In this document: positions 31,055 through 40,075 of the stretch, piece by piece
Layout of the letters: the number at the start of each line of letters is the position of its first letter
Numbering within the stretch: position 1 is the stretch's first letter
The notes under the pieces: generated by a model
Seen by the model: only the letters and a program-made list of their open reading frames with translations
Database searches by the model: none
What the model was told of the DNA's origin: nothing
Assembly (NCBI GenBank): GCA_964509835.1
Contig: CAZDZC010000002.1
Span: 4,196-68,195, forward strand
Length of the DNA: 64,000 nt
From: an uncultured Acidobacteriota bacterium
GTDB lineage: Bacteria; Acidobacteriota; G020349885; CAZDZC01
Direction: 5' to 3'
Made by a program: the position numbers and the translations under genes

Positions 31055-31243
31055 GGAAAAATCGTTCCGCCGCATGGAAAAATCGTTCCGCCGCACGGGA
31101 AAACGACTAAACCGCACGGGAAAATCGTTCCGCCGCACGGAAAAATGACTAAGCCGCACGGGAAAATCATTCCGCCGCATGGGAAAATGACTAAACCGCA
31201 TGGAAAAATCGTTCCGCCGCACGGAAAAATGACTAAACCGCTC
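31055..31243. repeat. Nine-copy 21-bp direct tandem repeat with alternating variants A (ggaaaaatcgttccgccgcay) and B (gg(g)aaaatgactaaaccgcay)
   Basis: Units at 31055, 31076, 31097, 31118, 31139, 31160, 31181, 31202 and 31223. A units carry a CGGAA-N6-TTCCG palindrome. No spacers. Confidence 0.85.
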
Positions 31244-31359
31244 GTTTTTGCCGTTCCTGACAGAAAAATGATAAAAAAATTTGCTTCAGGGCGGTTTCCG
31301 CATATACTTGAAAGTGTTCAGTATATTTTTTGTTGATTATTTTCATAAAGGAGGCGCAA

Positions 31360-32022
31360 ATGGTATTAACAAAGCAGTCAATAGCAGAAATTCTGCTTGC
31401 CGCGCAGGTGGCGATTGATAACGCTATTTCCGACAGGGAGATCAGGAACATGCTCCTGCCCTTCGGATATAATGATGTCAAACTCAACACGGGCAAGGCA
31501 TTGCTTGACAGGGCAAACGAACTTCAGCAGAAACAGCAGAAGGAATACGGGGATCAGTTCAAGGCGACGGCAATAGTGAATGAAGCGCGGGAAAAAGCGG
31601 ATGTCGAATACATGCGTTTTGTGAAGGTCGCGCGGGTTGCTATGAAGTCCGATTACGGCTTCTACAAACAGCTTGCGCTGAACGGGGACAGAAAAAGATC
31701 GTTGTCGGGGTGGATCGCGCAGGCAAAACAGTTCTATCTGAACGCGCTTTCCGATGACGCGGTTCTCGCGAAAATGGCGGCGTATGGAATGACAAAGGAA
31801 AAGATGGAAGCAGGCAAGCTGCTGCTGGAAGGGGTTGAATACGCCAATGCCGAACAGCAGAAAGAAGTGGGCGAGGCGCAGCAGGCGACGCTGGAACGGG
31901 ACAACGCCGTTGACAATTTGTGCGAATGGCTCAGCGAGTTTGTGGCGATAGCACGGATCGCGCTGGAGGAAAAGCCCCAGTATCTGGAAAAGCTCGGCAT
32001 TCTTGAACGGTCGGAGGATTAA
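31360..32022 (+). CDS. Hypothetical alpha-helical protein
   Basis: AAGGAGG RBS and ATG at 31360. No recognisable domain. Followed by a strong terminator. Confidence 0.5.
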   Translation: MVLTKQSIAEILLAAQVAIDNAISDREIRNMLLPFGYNDVKLNTGKALLDRANELQQKQQKEYGDQFKATAIVNEAREKADVEYMRFVKVARVAMKSDYGFYKQLALNGDRKRSLSGWIAQAKQFYLNALSDDAVLAKMAAYGMTKEKMEAGKLLLEGVEYANAEQQKEVGEAQQATLERDNAVDNLCEWLSEFVAIARIALEEKPQYLEKLGILERSED

Positions 32023-32028
32023 TGCATC

Positions 32029-32059
32029 GGGGCCCGCTGAAAGGCGGGCCGTTTTTTTT
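32029..32059 (+). terminator. Rho-independent terminator
   Basis: ggcccgc-tgaaag-gcgggcc stem followed by eight T. Confidence 0.75.
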
Positions 32060-32126
32060 CCTGCTTGTATTATGCTAGAATACCCCCGCGATATTATTCG
32101 GAATGAAGAGAAAAGGAGAACAGCCT

Positions 32127-32798
32127 ATGAGAAAAGCCATTATCTTGCTGATGTTCTGTGTCCTTTGCGTTTCTGTTTTCGCAGAAACACTGAAGACAGT
32201 TGACGAAACGAAAAAGCCGGGCGATAAGTTTGGCGAATTCACAGATGCTCGTGACGGGAAAAAATATAAGACAGTAAAGATAGGCAGCCAGGTATGGATG
32301 GCGGAGAACCTGGCGTATAAGACGGTCACAGGCTGCTGGGCGTATGACGATGATGAAAACAATGTTGCAAAATACGGTTATCTTTACGACTGGGAAACGG
32401 CATGTAAGGTTTGCCCGGAAGGTTGGCATCTGCCGAGTGATGAGGAGTGGAAGCAAATGCAGATGGCACTGGGAATGAGCAGGAGCGAGGCGGATAAATC
32501 TTTTTCTGATGAAGACCCATTTCGAGGAGGTCCTGTCGGGAAAAAGCTGAAAAGCACAAGCGGATGGGAAGAAGATAGTAACGGGACAAACGAGAGCGGA
32601 TTTGCCGGCCGGCCCGGAGGTTGGCGCAACCTCAATGGTAATTTCAACGCCATCGGCATCGACGGCAGCTGGTGGAGTTCTACGCAGTTCGTTAGTTCTT
32701 ACGCGTGGTACCGCAGACTGTCCTCCAATCACGCCGGTGTGGCCAAGTACTACGACGATAAGCGACTTGCGCTGTCTGTTCGTTGCGTCAGGGATTGA
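32127..32798 (+). CDS. TIGR02145 (Fib_succ_major) secreted protein, paralog 3
   Basis: TGCTAGAAT promoter at 32073-32081, conserved leader, same domain, ends SVRCVRD*. Confidence 0.8.
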   Translation: MRKAIILLMFCVLCVSVFAETLKTVDETKKPGDKFGEFTDARDGKKYKTVKIGSQVWMAENLAYKTVTGCWAYDDDENNVAKYGYLYDWETACKVCPEGWHLPSDEEWKQMQMALGMSRSEADKSFSDEDPFRGGPVGKKLKSTSGWEEDSNGTNESGFAGRPGGWRNLNGNFNAIGIDGSWWSSTQFVSSYAWYRRLSSNHAGVAKYYDDKRLALSVRCVRD

Positions 32799-32868
32799 CT
32801 ATTTGACAATTTGACTATTTGGGGTATGGGGCGAAGCCCCATTCGAAATTTTTGCAAGATGACATTTT

Positions 32869-33399
32869 ATGAAAATCCATAGCGGCATTTCTTTCGGGGG
32901 AATTTCGTATGGTGCCGGGGATGAAGTTGAATGGCACAAGATATATCCGGTTTTTCTGTTCCATGTTCTGGTGATAGGTTCGGCGCTGTTTTATACGGCT
33001 TATTCGGGGAAGGGGCCGCCTGCCGTTTTTCTTGTTCTGGGCGGTATCAGCTCGGCCGCGATTTACACGCTTTTATACCTTGCTGTTTTTGGATTTGATG
33101 AAATAAAATGGATGTTTATAAACGCTGGGCTGGGAATTTTGGGGATATTCAGCCAGCTTGATTTTGCCGTCTCGTTTTTCGGATGGAAGCTGAATAAGTA
33201 TCCCTGGTATATTCATATTGTTCCTTTTCTGCATTACATTCTTTACACTTTTCTTGTTCGTCAGATGATACTTGATATCCTGAAGGCGAGGGAAGATGAA
33301 TCGAAAAGGAGAAAGGCTGATGGCATTTATGTATTGATATCGCTGGTTATTTATTCCGGCCTTTATTTTTTTGACATTATCCGTGGAGACCGACTATAA
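32869..33399 (+). CDS. Hypothetical polytopic membrane protein
   Basis: Four to five TM helices. Confidence 0.45.
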   Translation: MKIHSGISFGGISYGAGDEVEWHKIYPVFLFHVLVIGSALFYTAYSGKGPPAVFLVLGGISSAAIYTLLYLAVFGFDEIKWMFINAGLGILGIFSQLDFAVSFFGWKLNKYPWYIHIVPFLHYILYTFLVRQMILDILKAREDESKRRKADGIYVLISLVIYSGLYFFDIIRGDRL

Positions 33400-33884
33400 T
33401 GAAAGAGATGTTAAAGACTGATTTTAATTCAAACACTATGCGGTGGTATAAATCAAAGGTGGACTGGTGGATAGGAATCCTGATGGCTGTTCCGCCGATT
33501 GCCGTCATTGCCGTTTTTATCGGGATGATTGTGTCGGGGGATCTCTCTGAGCTGTTACAGGTGGCAGTTATGGCGGTTTTCGTGTGCGGTATTTATTTCG
33601 GGCTGGTTTTTCCGATGAAATACGGGATTGGCGGGGAAGAACTTGTGATAAGGTTCGGGATCTGCCGTTTCAGGATCAAGCTGGCGGAAATAACCGAAGT
33701 GCGCCCTACGCATAACCCGCTGAGCGCGCCTGCTCTTTCGATTGACCGTCTTTATGTTCAGTATGGCGAGGGTTTTTTCAAGGCCGCGCTGATTTCCCCC
33801 GCGGACAAAGAAGGTTTTCTGAATGATCTTGCTCAAAGAACAGGGTTAATAAGGGACGGGAACAGCCTTAGAAAAAGCGTTTGA
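33399..33884 (+). CDS. Membrane protein with a bacterial PH-like domain (YdbS/DUF304-like)
   Basis: Two N-terminal TM helices and a bPH-like C-terminal pattern. ATGA-coupled to the upstream ORF. Confidence 0.45.
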   Translation: MKEMLKTDFNSNTMRWYKSKVDWWIGILMAVPPIAVIAVFIGMIVSGDLSELLQVAVMAVFVCGIYFGLVFPMKYGIGGEELVIRFGICRFRIKLAEITEVRPTHNPLSAPALSIDRLYVQYGEGFFKAALISPADKEGFLNDLAQRTGLIRDGNSLRKSV

Positions 33885-33928
33885 ATAAATCGTGCGGAGT
33901 TTTGTGATTTTATCCCAAAGGAGAAAGC

Positions 33929-34378
33929 ATGCGAAATCTTGTTATCGGAGCGGTTGTTGTTGTCATTCTGATCGGAGCGTTTTTCGTTTTTTCCAAAGGC
34001 GAAGCTGAAAAAACATTTGAGGAGTTCGGAAAGGCGTGGGCGAAGGTCAGGTTCAAGGATGCGGATCCGATGATGGAGGGTGATGCCGTTAAAGAGACCT
34101 TCAAGAAGGTGTCCGTGATGACGGTCGCAAGGTGTCCAATCGGAGTTGTGGGAAGCGTAGAGTTTAAGGATACTTCGAAAACAAAAAACTCGGAAGGCGG
34201 ATTGGATTACAGTTCACATATGACAGTTTTTTTTAATCCTCCCGGGGTTGAATCGGCGCTGACCGCTACTATGTGGGCAAAAATAAATTTCCGGGCTACT
34301 CTTAAAGAGACGGGCGGGGTGTGGAAGGTCTGCGCAATGGATCCGGAACTTATTGAAGTTGCCGGAATGAACAATTAG
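33929..34378 (+). CDS. Hypothetical secreted protein
   Basis: Signal peptide and an AGGAG RBS. Confidence 0.5.
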   Translation: MRNLVIGAVVVVILIGAFFVFSKGEAEKTFEEFGKAWAKVRFKDADPMMEGDAVKETFKKVSVMTVARCPIGVVGSVEFKDTSKTKNSEGGLDYSSHMTVFFNPPGVESALTATMWAKINFRATLKETGGVWKVCAMDPELIEVAGMNN

Positions 34379-34383
34379 CAAGT

Positions 34384-35676
34384 CTATTTCCTGCTCTTTT
34401 TGAATTCTTCCCATTTGCGGAGCCTTTCCGCGATGGTTTTTTCGAACCCCTTCTCTCTGGGATGGTAGTATTTTCTGCCTTTCAGGTTTTCGGGCAGGCA
34501 ATCCATCGCGGCGACGCCTTCTTCAATATCATGGGCATACTGATACCCTTTTCCGTAATTCAGGTCTTTCATCAGGGAAGTGGGCGCGTTCCTGAGATGC
34601 AGAGGGACAGGTTCGTTTTTCAGGTTTTTCACATCCTGCAAGGCTGAGCTGACAGCGGTGTACGCGGAATTGCTTTTCGGGGCTGTCGCGAGATAGATGG
34701 CGCAGTGGGCAAGATGGACATTGGCTTCAGGAAGTCCGATAGCTCTGACTGCCTCGTTTACGGAAATTGACAGGGTAAGCGCCTGCGGGTCGGCCATTCC
34801 GATATCCTCCGACGCGAATCTTATCATCCGCCTTGTGATATAAAGGGGATCCTCTCCGCCTTCAAGCATCCTTGCAAGCCAGTAGAGCGCGGCATCGGGG
34901 TCGCTGTTCCGGAGGCTTTTGTGCAGCGCTGAAATCAGGTTGTAATGCTCCTCGCCGTCGCGGTCGTAAAGGACGGCTTTCGACTGGGCCGCTTTTTTAA
35001 CCGTTTCTATATCAATCAATTTGACATTATCCGGAAGAAGGGAAGCTGAAATCTCAAGCAGGTTAAGCGCGATCCTTGCGTCTCCGCCGGATGCCGCCGC
35101 GATGAACACTCCGGAATCATGCTCCAGTTCAAACCCCTCTGGCGACAGTTCGGAATCTGATGTTAGCGCGTTGTTCAGAAGGGTGATGATATCTTCATCT
35201 GAAAGCTGGGTCAGGGTGTAAACGCGGCATCTGGATATAAGCGCGCTGTTAATTCTGAATGACGGGTTTTCGGTTGTCGCACCGATAAGAATGATACCGC
35301 CGGATTCGACATGAGGAAGGAACGCGTCCTGCTGTCCCTTGTTGAAACGGTGTATCTCGTCAATAAAAAGGATGGTTTGTGTTCCAGATTTGAGGAGTTC
35401 CGCGGCGGAAGCGATAACCTCCCTGATTTCCTTCAGGTTTGACATGACAGCGCTCAGCGACACAAATTTTGAACCGGTTTTGTTTGCTATGATTCTCGCG
35501 AGGGTGGTTTTACCTGATCCTGGAGGACCCCAGAAAATCATGGAGTGCGCGCCGTCCCTCATTATCGCTTCATGGAGAGGTTTCCCGGGAGAGATGATAT
35601 CCCGCTGTCCGAGAAAACCGTCCAGATCCCCCGGACGCATTCTTTCCGCGAGGGGGATTTTGGATGAGTATTTCAA
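34384..35676 (-). CDS. rarA: Replication-associated recombination protein A (AAA+ ATPase RarA/MgsA)
   Basis: Walker A GPPGSGKTTLARIIA, FIDEIHRFNK, and a MgsA C-terminal domain. Confidence 0.9.
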   Translation of the reverse strand: MKYSSKIPLAERMRPGDLDGFLGQRDIISPGKPLHEAIMRDGAHSMIFWGPPGSGKTTLARIIANKTGSKFVSLSAVMSNLKEIREVIASAAELLKSGTQTILFIDEIHRFNKGQQDAFLPHVESGGIILIGATTENPSFRINSALISRCRVYTLTQLSDEDIITLLNNALTSDSELSPEGFELEHDSGVFIAAASGGDARIALNLLEISASLLPDNVKLIDIETVKKAAQSKAVLYDRDGEEHYNLISALHKSLRNSDPDAALYWLARMLEGGEDPLYITRRMIRFASEDIGMADPQALTLSISVNEAVRAIGLPEANVHLAHCAIYLATAPKSNSAYTAVSSALQDVKNLKNEPVPLHLRNAPTSLMKDLNYGKGYQYAHDIEEGVAAMDCLPENLKGRKYYHPREKGFEKTIAERLRKWEEFKKSRK

Positions 35677-35689
35677 ATGAGTAAACGGT

Positions 35690-37219
35690 TCAGTTATATG
35701 ACCGGAGAAGCTTTTCAGCTTCAGGGAAAAGCTCGAGGGATTTCAGGATCTGGGAGTCCCCTTCCACTGCCACCTTGTAGCCTTCCTGAAGTCCGAACAG
35801 GGCGGAGTAGATCTCCTCTTTGATAAATCTTCTGGAAACCTCAAGATTGGCGTTGAAATCCTCTTCATCATATTCGATCTTGTCTTTTTTCAGAAATATT
35901 TTAAATTTTTCTATCACTTCTTCATTGGCCTCAAAGCTCCGGTCAATATCTGATCGCCCTGCGATATATTCGACGGCAAAGCGGAAAAAAGCGGATTTGC
36001 GTCTGGCGGAAAGAATAAAAGGGCTTTCAATAAGCTGAGGTTCAATGACGACATCCGGCGCGATGCCTCCGTTTGCGTAAACGGGCCTTCCTTTATCCGT
36101 GAACATTTCAGGCCCCTGTTTTTCTGCGGCTGTTTCTTTTTCATTATGCCAGTCCAGATAATACTGATCGAACCCCTGTTTGTAGTCGCGCTGAATGCAG
36201 CGTCCGCTCGGGGTGTAATATTTTGCGGTCGTGAGCGCAAGTCCTGCGTTTTCGGAGACCGGATAGACGCTCTGTACAAGACCTTTGCCCCAGGTGTTCT
36301 CTCCCGCAATAAGTCCGCGGTCATGATCCTGAACGGCTCCCGCAACGATCTCTGACGCGCTCGCACTGCTTGTGTTGACAAGGATTATCAACGGAAGGTC
36401 GTTCATGGCAGGGTTGCCTCTGACAAAAAACTCCTCCGTGCTTCCCTGAACCCTTCCTTTGGTATAAACCACCATCTGTCCTTTGTTCAGAAAAAGACCT
36501 GAAACGGATACCGCTTGCTCAAGAAGTCCGCCCGGATTTTCCCTCAGATCAAGAAGAAGCTGTTTCATTCCCTCTCCGCGAAGAATATCTATGCAGTTTT
36601 TGAGCTCATGGGTTGTTGTCTGGGTAAAATCCCTTATCCTTATGTAGCCGGTGTCTTCTCTTATCATAAAACTGTACGGAATCGAGTCGGTGGGAATTTC
36701 GTCCCTTGTGACCTCAAATTCCATCGGCTCATCAAATCCCGGCCTTATGACCGTTATATTAACCTTTGTGTTGCGGGGTCCCTTCAGAAGGTTAACCGCT
36801 TCGTTTGTCGTCATGTCGCCTGTAGGCTTGCCTTCAATTCTGCTGATGATATCTCCCGCCCTGATCCCGAGACGGTGCGCAGGCGTTCCCTCAATGGGGG
36901 ATATCACCGTAAGATTGCCGTCCCTCTTTGATATCACTATACCCAGACCATAGAAACTGCCTTTCTGTTTTTCCCTCATTTCCAAAAAATACTCAGGAGT
37001 GAGAAAACTTGAATGAGGATCAAGCGTCTCGAGCATGCCGTCAATTGAACTGTAAATTATGTCTTTTGTTTCGGTGTCCGAAGCGGAGCGTTCCTGAAGT
37101 ATGGCAAGAATTTCGGCATAGGTTTCCGTATATGGAGCAAAATCCTCAGGCGCGGAAAAAGAAATACACGGCAAAATTATTGTGAACGCGAGAAAGAAAA
37201 GTATGTAATATTTTTTCAT
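35690..37219 (-). CDS. ctpA: Carboxyl-terminal processing protease (S41 family, PDZ-containing)
   Basis: Signal peptide, PDZ (GLGIVISKRDGNLTVISPIEGTPAHRLGIRAGDII), and S41 catalytic region (LVNTSSASASEIVAGA). Start at MKKYY with an AGAGGA RBS. Confidence 0.85.
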   Translation of the reverse strand: MKKYYILFFLAFTIILPCISFSAPEDFAPYTETYAEILAILQERSASDTETKDIIYSSIDGMLETLDPHSSFLTPEYFLEMREKQKGSFYGLGIVISKRDGNLTVISPIEGTPAHRLGIRAGDIISRIEGKPTGDMTTNEAVNLLKGPRNTKVNITVIRPGFDEPMEFEVTRDEIPTDSIPYSFMIREDTGYIRIRDFTQTTTHELKNCIDILRGEGMKQLLLDLRENPGGLLEQAVSVSGLFLNKGQMVVYTKGRVQGSTEEFFVRGNPAMNDLPLIILVNTSSASASEIVAGAVQDHDRGLIAGENTWGKGLVQSVYPVSENAGLALTTAKYYTPSGRCIQRDYKQGFDQYYLDWHNEKETAAEKQGPEMFTDKGRPVYANGGIAPDVVIEPQLIESPFILSARRKSAFFRFAVEYIAGRSDIDRSFEANEEVIEKFKIFLKKDKIEYDEEDFNANLEVSRRFIKEEIYSALFGLQEGYKVAVEGDSQILKSLELFPEAEKLLRSYN

Positions 37220-37442
37220 ATTTCCTCTGTTGTTAAACGAACATAATACCAATTTTTTTGCTACAAGTAAAGATTTTTTTACACTTTATGCTCTTTTCTA
37301 CAGCCTTTTACCGCAAGGGTTACGGGGCTGTAACTCTATTAAATTCCATGATTTAATGGTGTTTCAGGTCGTCGGCAATGGATTGAAATGATAAAAGTCA
37401 AGCCCCTGTTGCGCTTGAAAGAAATTTTTTTTGAAAAAAGGC

Positions 37443-37472
37443 TTGACAAAAGGGTTTTTCTATGGTAAAAAT
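37443..37472 (+). promoter_or_regulatory. hup promoter, TTGACA-17-TGgTAAAAAT (extended -10)
   Basis: TTGACA lies at 37443-37448 and TAAAAAT at 37466-37472. Confidence 0.5.
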
Positions 37473-37531
37473 GCTCAAGCTGGTATGGTGCCAGCGAATG
37501 AGAGTTTCACATTATTCGGAGGCTTGACCCA

Positions 37532-37801
37532 ATGAACAAAAACGATCTCGTAAACAAAGTAGCTGAGACAGGGCTGACCAAATCATCTGCGAATGCGGCT
37601 GTTGATGCGGTTTTCAAAGGTATTGAAAAAGCGCTCAGCAAAGGCGAAAAAGTAACACTCGTAGGCTTCGGCACATTCTCTGTTTCAAAAAGAAAAGCCA
37701 GAAAGGGCAGAAACCCCCAGACCGGCGAACAGATTAAGATTGCTGCGAAGAAAGTAGCAAAATTCAAACCCGGAAAAGGCTTGAAAGATTCAGTGGAATA
37801 G
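37532..37801 (+). CDS. hup: DNA-binding protein HU
   Basis: [12 protein letters not shown]...[22 protein letters not shown]. Confidence 0.9.
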   Translation: MNKNDLVNKVAETGLTKSSANAAVDAVFKGIEKALSKGEKVTLVGFGTFSVSKRKARKGRNPQTGEQIKIAAKKVAKFKPGKGLKDSVE

Positions 37802-37819
37802 TACTGGTCTGAAAATTTA

Positions 37820-37847
37820 AAAAGCCCGCGTAAGCGGGCTTTTTTTA
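37820..37847. terminator. Bidirectional rho-independent terminator between the convergent hup gene and the BCCP-like gene
   Basis: agcccgc-gtaa-gcgggct stem with a T-run downstream and an A-run upstream. Confidence 0.7.
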
Positions 37848-37859
37848 TGGCACGGTTTT

Positions 37860-38357
37860 TTATGTAACCGTGAGCAGAATCTGATTGGATTCAACAGTAT
37901 CGTTTTGTTTTACGCTGATTTTCTCAACGGTTCCGTCTTTAGGGGATTTGAGTTCATTTTCCATCTTCATTGCTTCAACAATAATGACGCCGTCCCCTTT
38001 TTTCACTGAGTCATCCTGATTCACAAGGATTCTGACAATCCTTCCGGGCATCGGTGATCTGACTGCCTGCGGGCCGTCAGTGTTTTCCTCTTTTCCCGAA
38101 GTCATCATATTGCGGGCTGGATCATACAAACGGAAGTTGTGGGTGGAATCATAAAGGTAAACAGTGAATTCGTTTTCATTGCTGTTTATGCTTACTTCAT
38201 AAGATTTCCCGTCAACCAGAAGGGAATAGAAGGATTCTTCAGGTTCGCAGAAATCAACTGTGTAATCATTGCCGTCAAGGTTGACAATATATCTGCCGTT
38301 AACCTCCCTGACTTTCAGGGCGTGCTTTTTATTGTTTTTCAGCGCTTCCAGTTCCAT
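37860..38357 (-). CDS. Biotin carboxyl carrier-like protein (biotinyl domain)
   Basis: Biotin attachment motif EAMKMENE near the C-terminus. 4 nt from the accC stop. Confidence 0.7.
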   Translation of the reverse strand: MELEALKNNKKHALKVREVNGRYIVNLDGNDYTVDFCEPEESFYSLLVDGKSYEVSINSNENEFTVYLYDSTHNFRLYDPARNMMTSGKEENTDGPQAVRSPMPGRIVRILVNQDDSVKKGDGVIIVEAMKMENELKSPKDGTVEKISVKQNDTVESNQILLTVT

Positions 38358-38361
38358 TTCC

Positions 38362-39867
38362 CTATCTGTCCCTTATTCCTTCTGTCCGTGCGACGCATTT
38401 CCACCTGTTTTCACGCCTTGTGTCCTGAAAGTTCAGATATGCCCCTGCCGTTTTGTCCTTGTATGCCCTTATTGCGGCCGCTATCATGGCAATATTTTCA
38501 GAAGACGGATCAACTTCTTTTTTCTTTTTCAGAAATGTTCTGTCAATAAAATCTGTGTTGAAATTCCCCGCAATAAAATCGGGATTATGCATAACCTGCT
38601 CATGAAAGCTGATAGTTGTTTTTATGCCTCTTATTTTATATTCCTCAAGTGCCCTTTTCATTCTGAGAATGGCCTCTCTGCGGTTGTTTCCCCAAACGAT
38701 AAGTTTTGATATCATCGGATCATAAAATGACGGAACCGTGAAACCGTCGTGGACTCCGTTATCGTTTCTGATGCCAGGGCCTTCCGGAAAACGGAGACCT
38801 TTTATTGTTCCCGGAGAAGGCATGAAGCTGTTGTCCGGGTCTTCAGCATAAATCCGGCATTCAATCGCGGCGCCGTTCATCGCAAGATCACTCTGAGTAA
38901 AGCCAAGTTTCTTTCCTGATGCAATAAGAAGCTGGTATTTTACAAGATCAATTCCGCAAACCATCTCAGTAACAGCATGTTCAACCTGAATTCTTGTGTT
39001 CATCTCGAGAAAATAGAACTTCATATTACCGTCAAGAAGGAATTCAACAGTTCCCGCTCCCAGGTAATTCACTGCTTCAGCGGCTTTAACCGCTATGGCG
39101 CCCATCCGTTCCCTTATTTCTGGAGTAATGACAGGTGAAGGACATTCTTCGATCACCTTCTGATGCCGTCTCTGGATGGAACACTCTCTTTCTCCGAGAT
39201 GGACGGTGTTCCCGTGGTTGTCGGCTAAGATCTGGATCTCGATATGCCTCGGGTTGGATATGAACTTCTCTATATACACAGCATTGTTACCGAATGACGA
39301 AACAGCCTCGGATGTCGCGCCTCTGAAAGCGCTGCTAAGTTCAGATTCAGAGTTCACCATTCGCATCCCTTTGCCTCCGCCACCGGCAGACGCTTTCAGC
39401 ATGACCGGATATCCAATTTCTCCGGCGGTTCTGAACAGCTCATTCTCGTCGTTGATTGCTCTTTCAGTTCCCGGAACAACGGGGATGCCGGCCTTTCCCA
39501 TCATTTCCCTTGCAGTAAGCTTGTCCCCCATGGAACTGATTGCTTCAGGGGAGGGACCTATAAATACTATATTCGATTCACGGCATTTTTCAGCGAAAAC
39601 CGGATTTTCCGCAAGAAATCCATATCCGGGATGGATGGCATCAGCCCCTGATTTTTCAGCTGTTTCAATAATCCTGTCCATCAAAAGATAGCTTTCGGAT
39701 GCAGGAGCAGCCCCTATGTGGTATGCCTCGTCGGCAAAACGGACATGGAGCGCTTCCCTGTCAACATCTGAAAATACCGCAACAGATGGAATGTCAAGCT
39801 CTCTGCACGCGCGGATTACCCTGACGGCTATCTCCCCCCTGTTTGCGATCAGAATCTTTTTTAACAT
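38362..39867 (-). CDS. accC: Biotin carboxylase (acetyl-CoA or pyruvate carboxylase biotin carboxylase subunit)
   Basis: MLKKILIANRGEIAVRVIRA and an ATP-grasp domain. 501 aa. Confidence 0.9.
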   Translation of the reverse strand: MLKKILIANRGEIAVRVIRACRELDIPSVAVFSDVDREALHVRFADEAYHIGAAPASESYLLMDRIIETAEKSGADAIHPGYGFLAENPVFAEKCRESNIVFIGPSPEAISSMGDKLTAREMMGKAGIPVVPGTERAINDENELFRTAGEIGYPVMLKASAGGGGKGMRMVNSESELSSAFRGATSEAVSSFGNNAVYIEKFISNPRHIEIQILADNHGNTVHLGERECSIQRRHQKVIEECPSPVITPEIRERMGAIAVKAAEAVNYLGAGTVEFLLDGNMKFYFLEMNTRIQVEHAVTEMVCGIDLVKYQLLIASGKKLGFTQSDLAMNGAAIECRIYAEDPDNSFMPSPGTIKGLRFPEGPGIRNDNGVHDGFTVPSFYDPMISKLIVWGNNRREAILRMKRALEEYKIRGIKTTISFHEQVMHNPDFIAGNFNTDFIDRTFLKKKKEVDPSSENIAMIAAAIRAYKDKTAGAYLNFQDTRRENRWKCVARTEGIRDR

Positions 39868-40075
39868 CAGCGACCTTTAGTGAAAAATTATATTCTATTT
39901 AACAGAACAAAACGGGAACCACTTCGTCAAGCCTTGCGTGCCTAACATTTAATGAGTGTAAACTATAGCATGCCATAAGTTTGTAATCAAGAAATATATC
40001 GGAACAAAAAATAAGCATTTAAAATGCAACCTCGCAAATTTGATTTCGTATTACAATTGACATATATTACTTTAT

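Noticed and set aside
31055-31243. Possible CRISPR array
   Set aside because: The repeats are contiguous with no intervening unique spacers. The units are 21 bp and of two alternating types. No cas genes are present.
31145-31336. Plus-strand ORF (MTKPHGKIIPPHGK... heptad peptide) and minus-strand ORF 30875-31222 (MRRNDF... repeats) across the 21-bp array
   Set aside because: Both are translations of the in-frame 21-bp tandem repeat. Open frames on both strands are expected for a 3n repeat, and there is no RBS. Treated as non-coding, although a translated repeat protein cannot be fully excluded.
32094-32732. 212-aa minus-strand ORF antisense to TIGR02145 paralog 3, with similar antisense ORFs at 28950-29487 and 30203-30692
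   Set aside because: Antisense shadows of GC-rich paralog genes. All three paralogs produce them, and none has signal or RBS support.
37253-37531. 280-bp intergenic region upstream of hup checked for tRNA or ncRNA
   Set aside because: Only a promoter and a short GTTAC/GTAAC palindrome are visible. There is no cloverleaf-like arrangement. An Rfam scan would be needed to exclude a small RNA.
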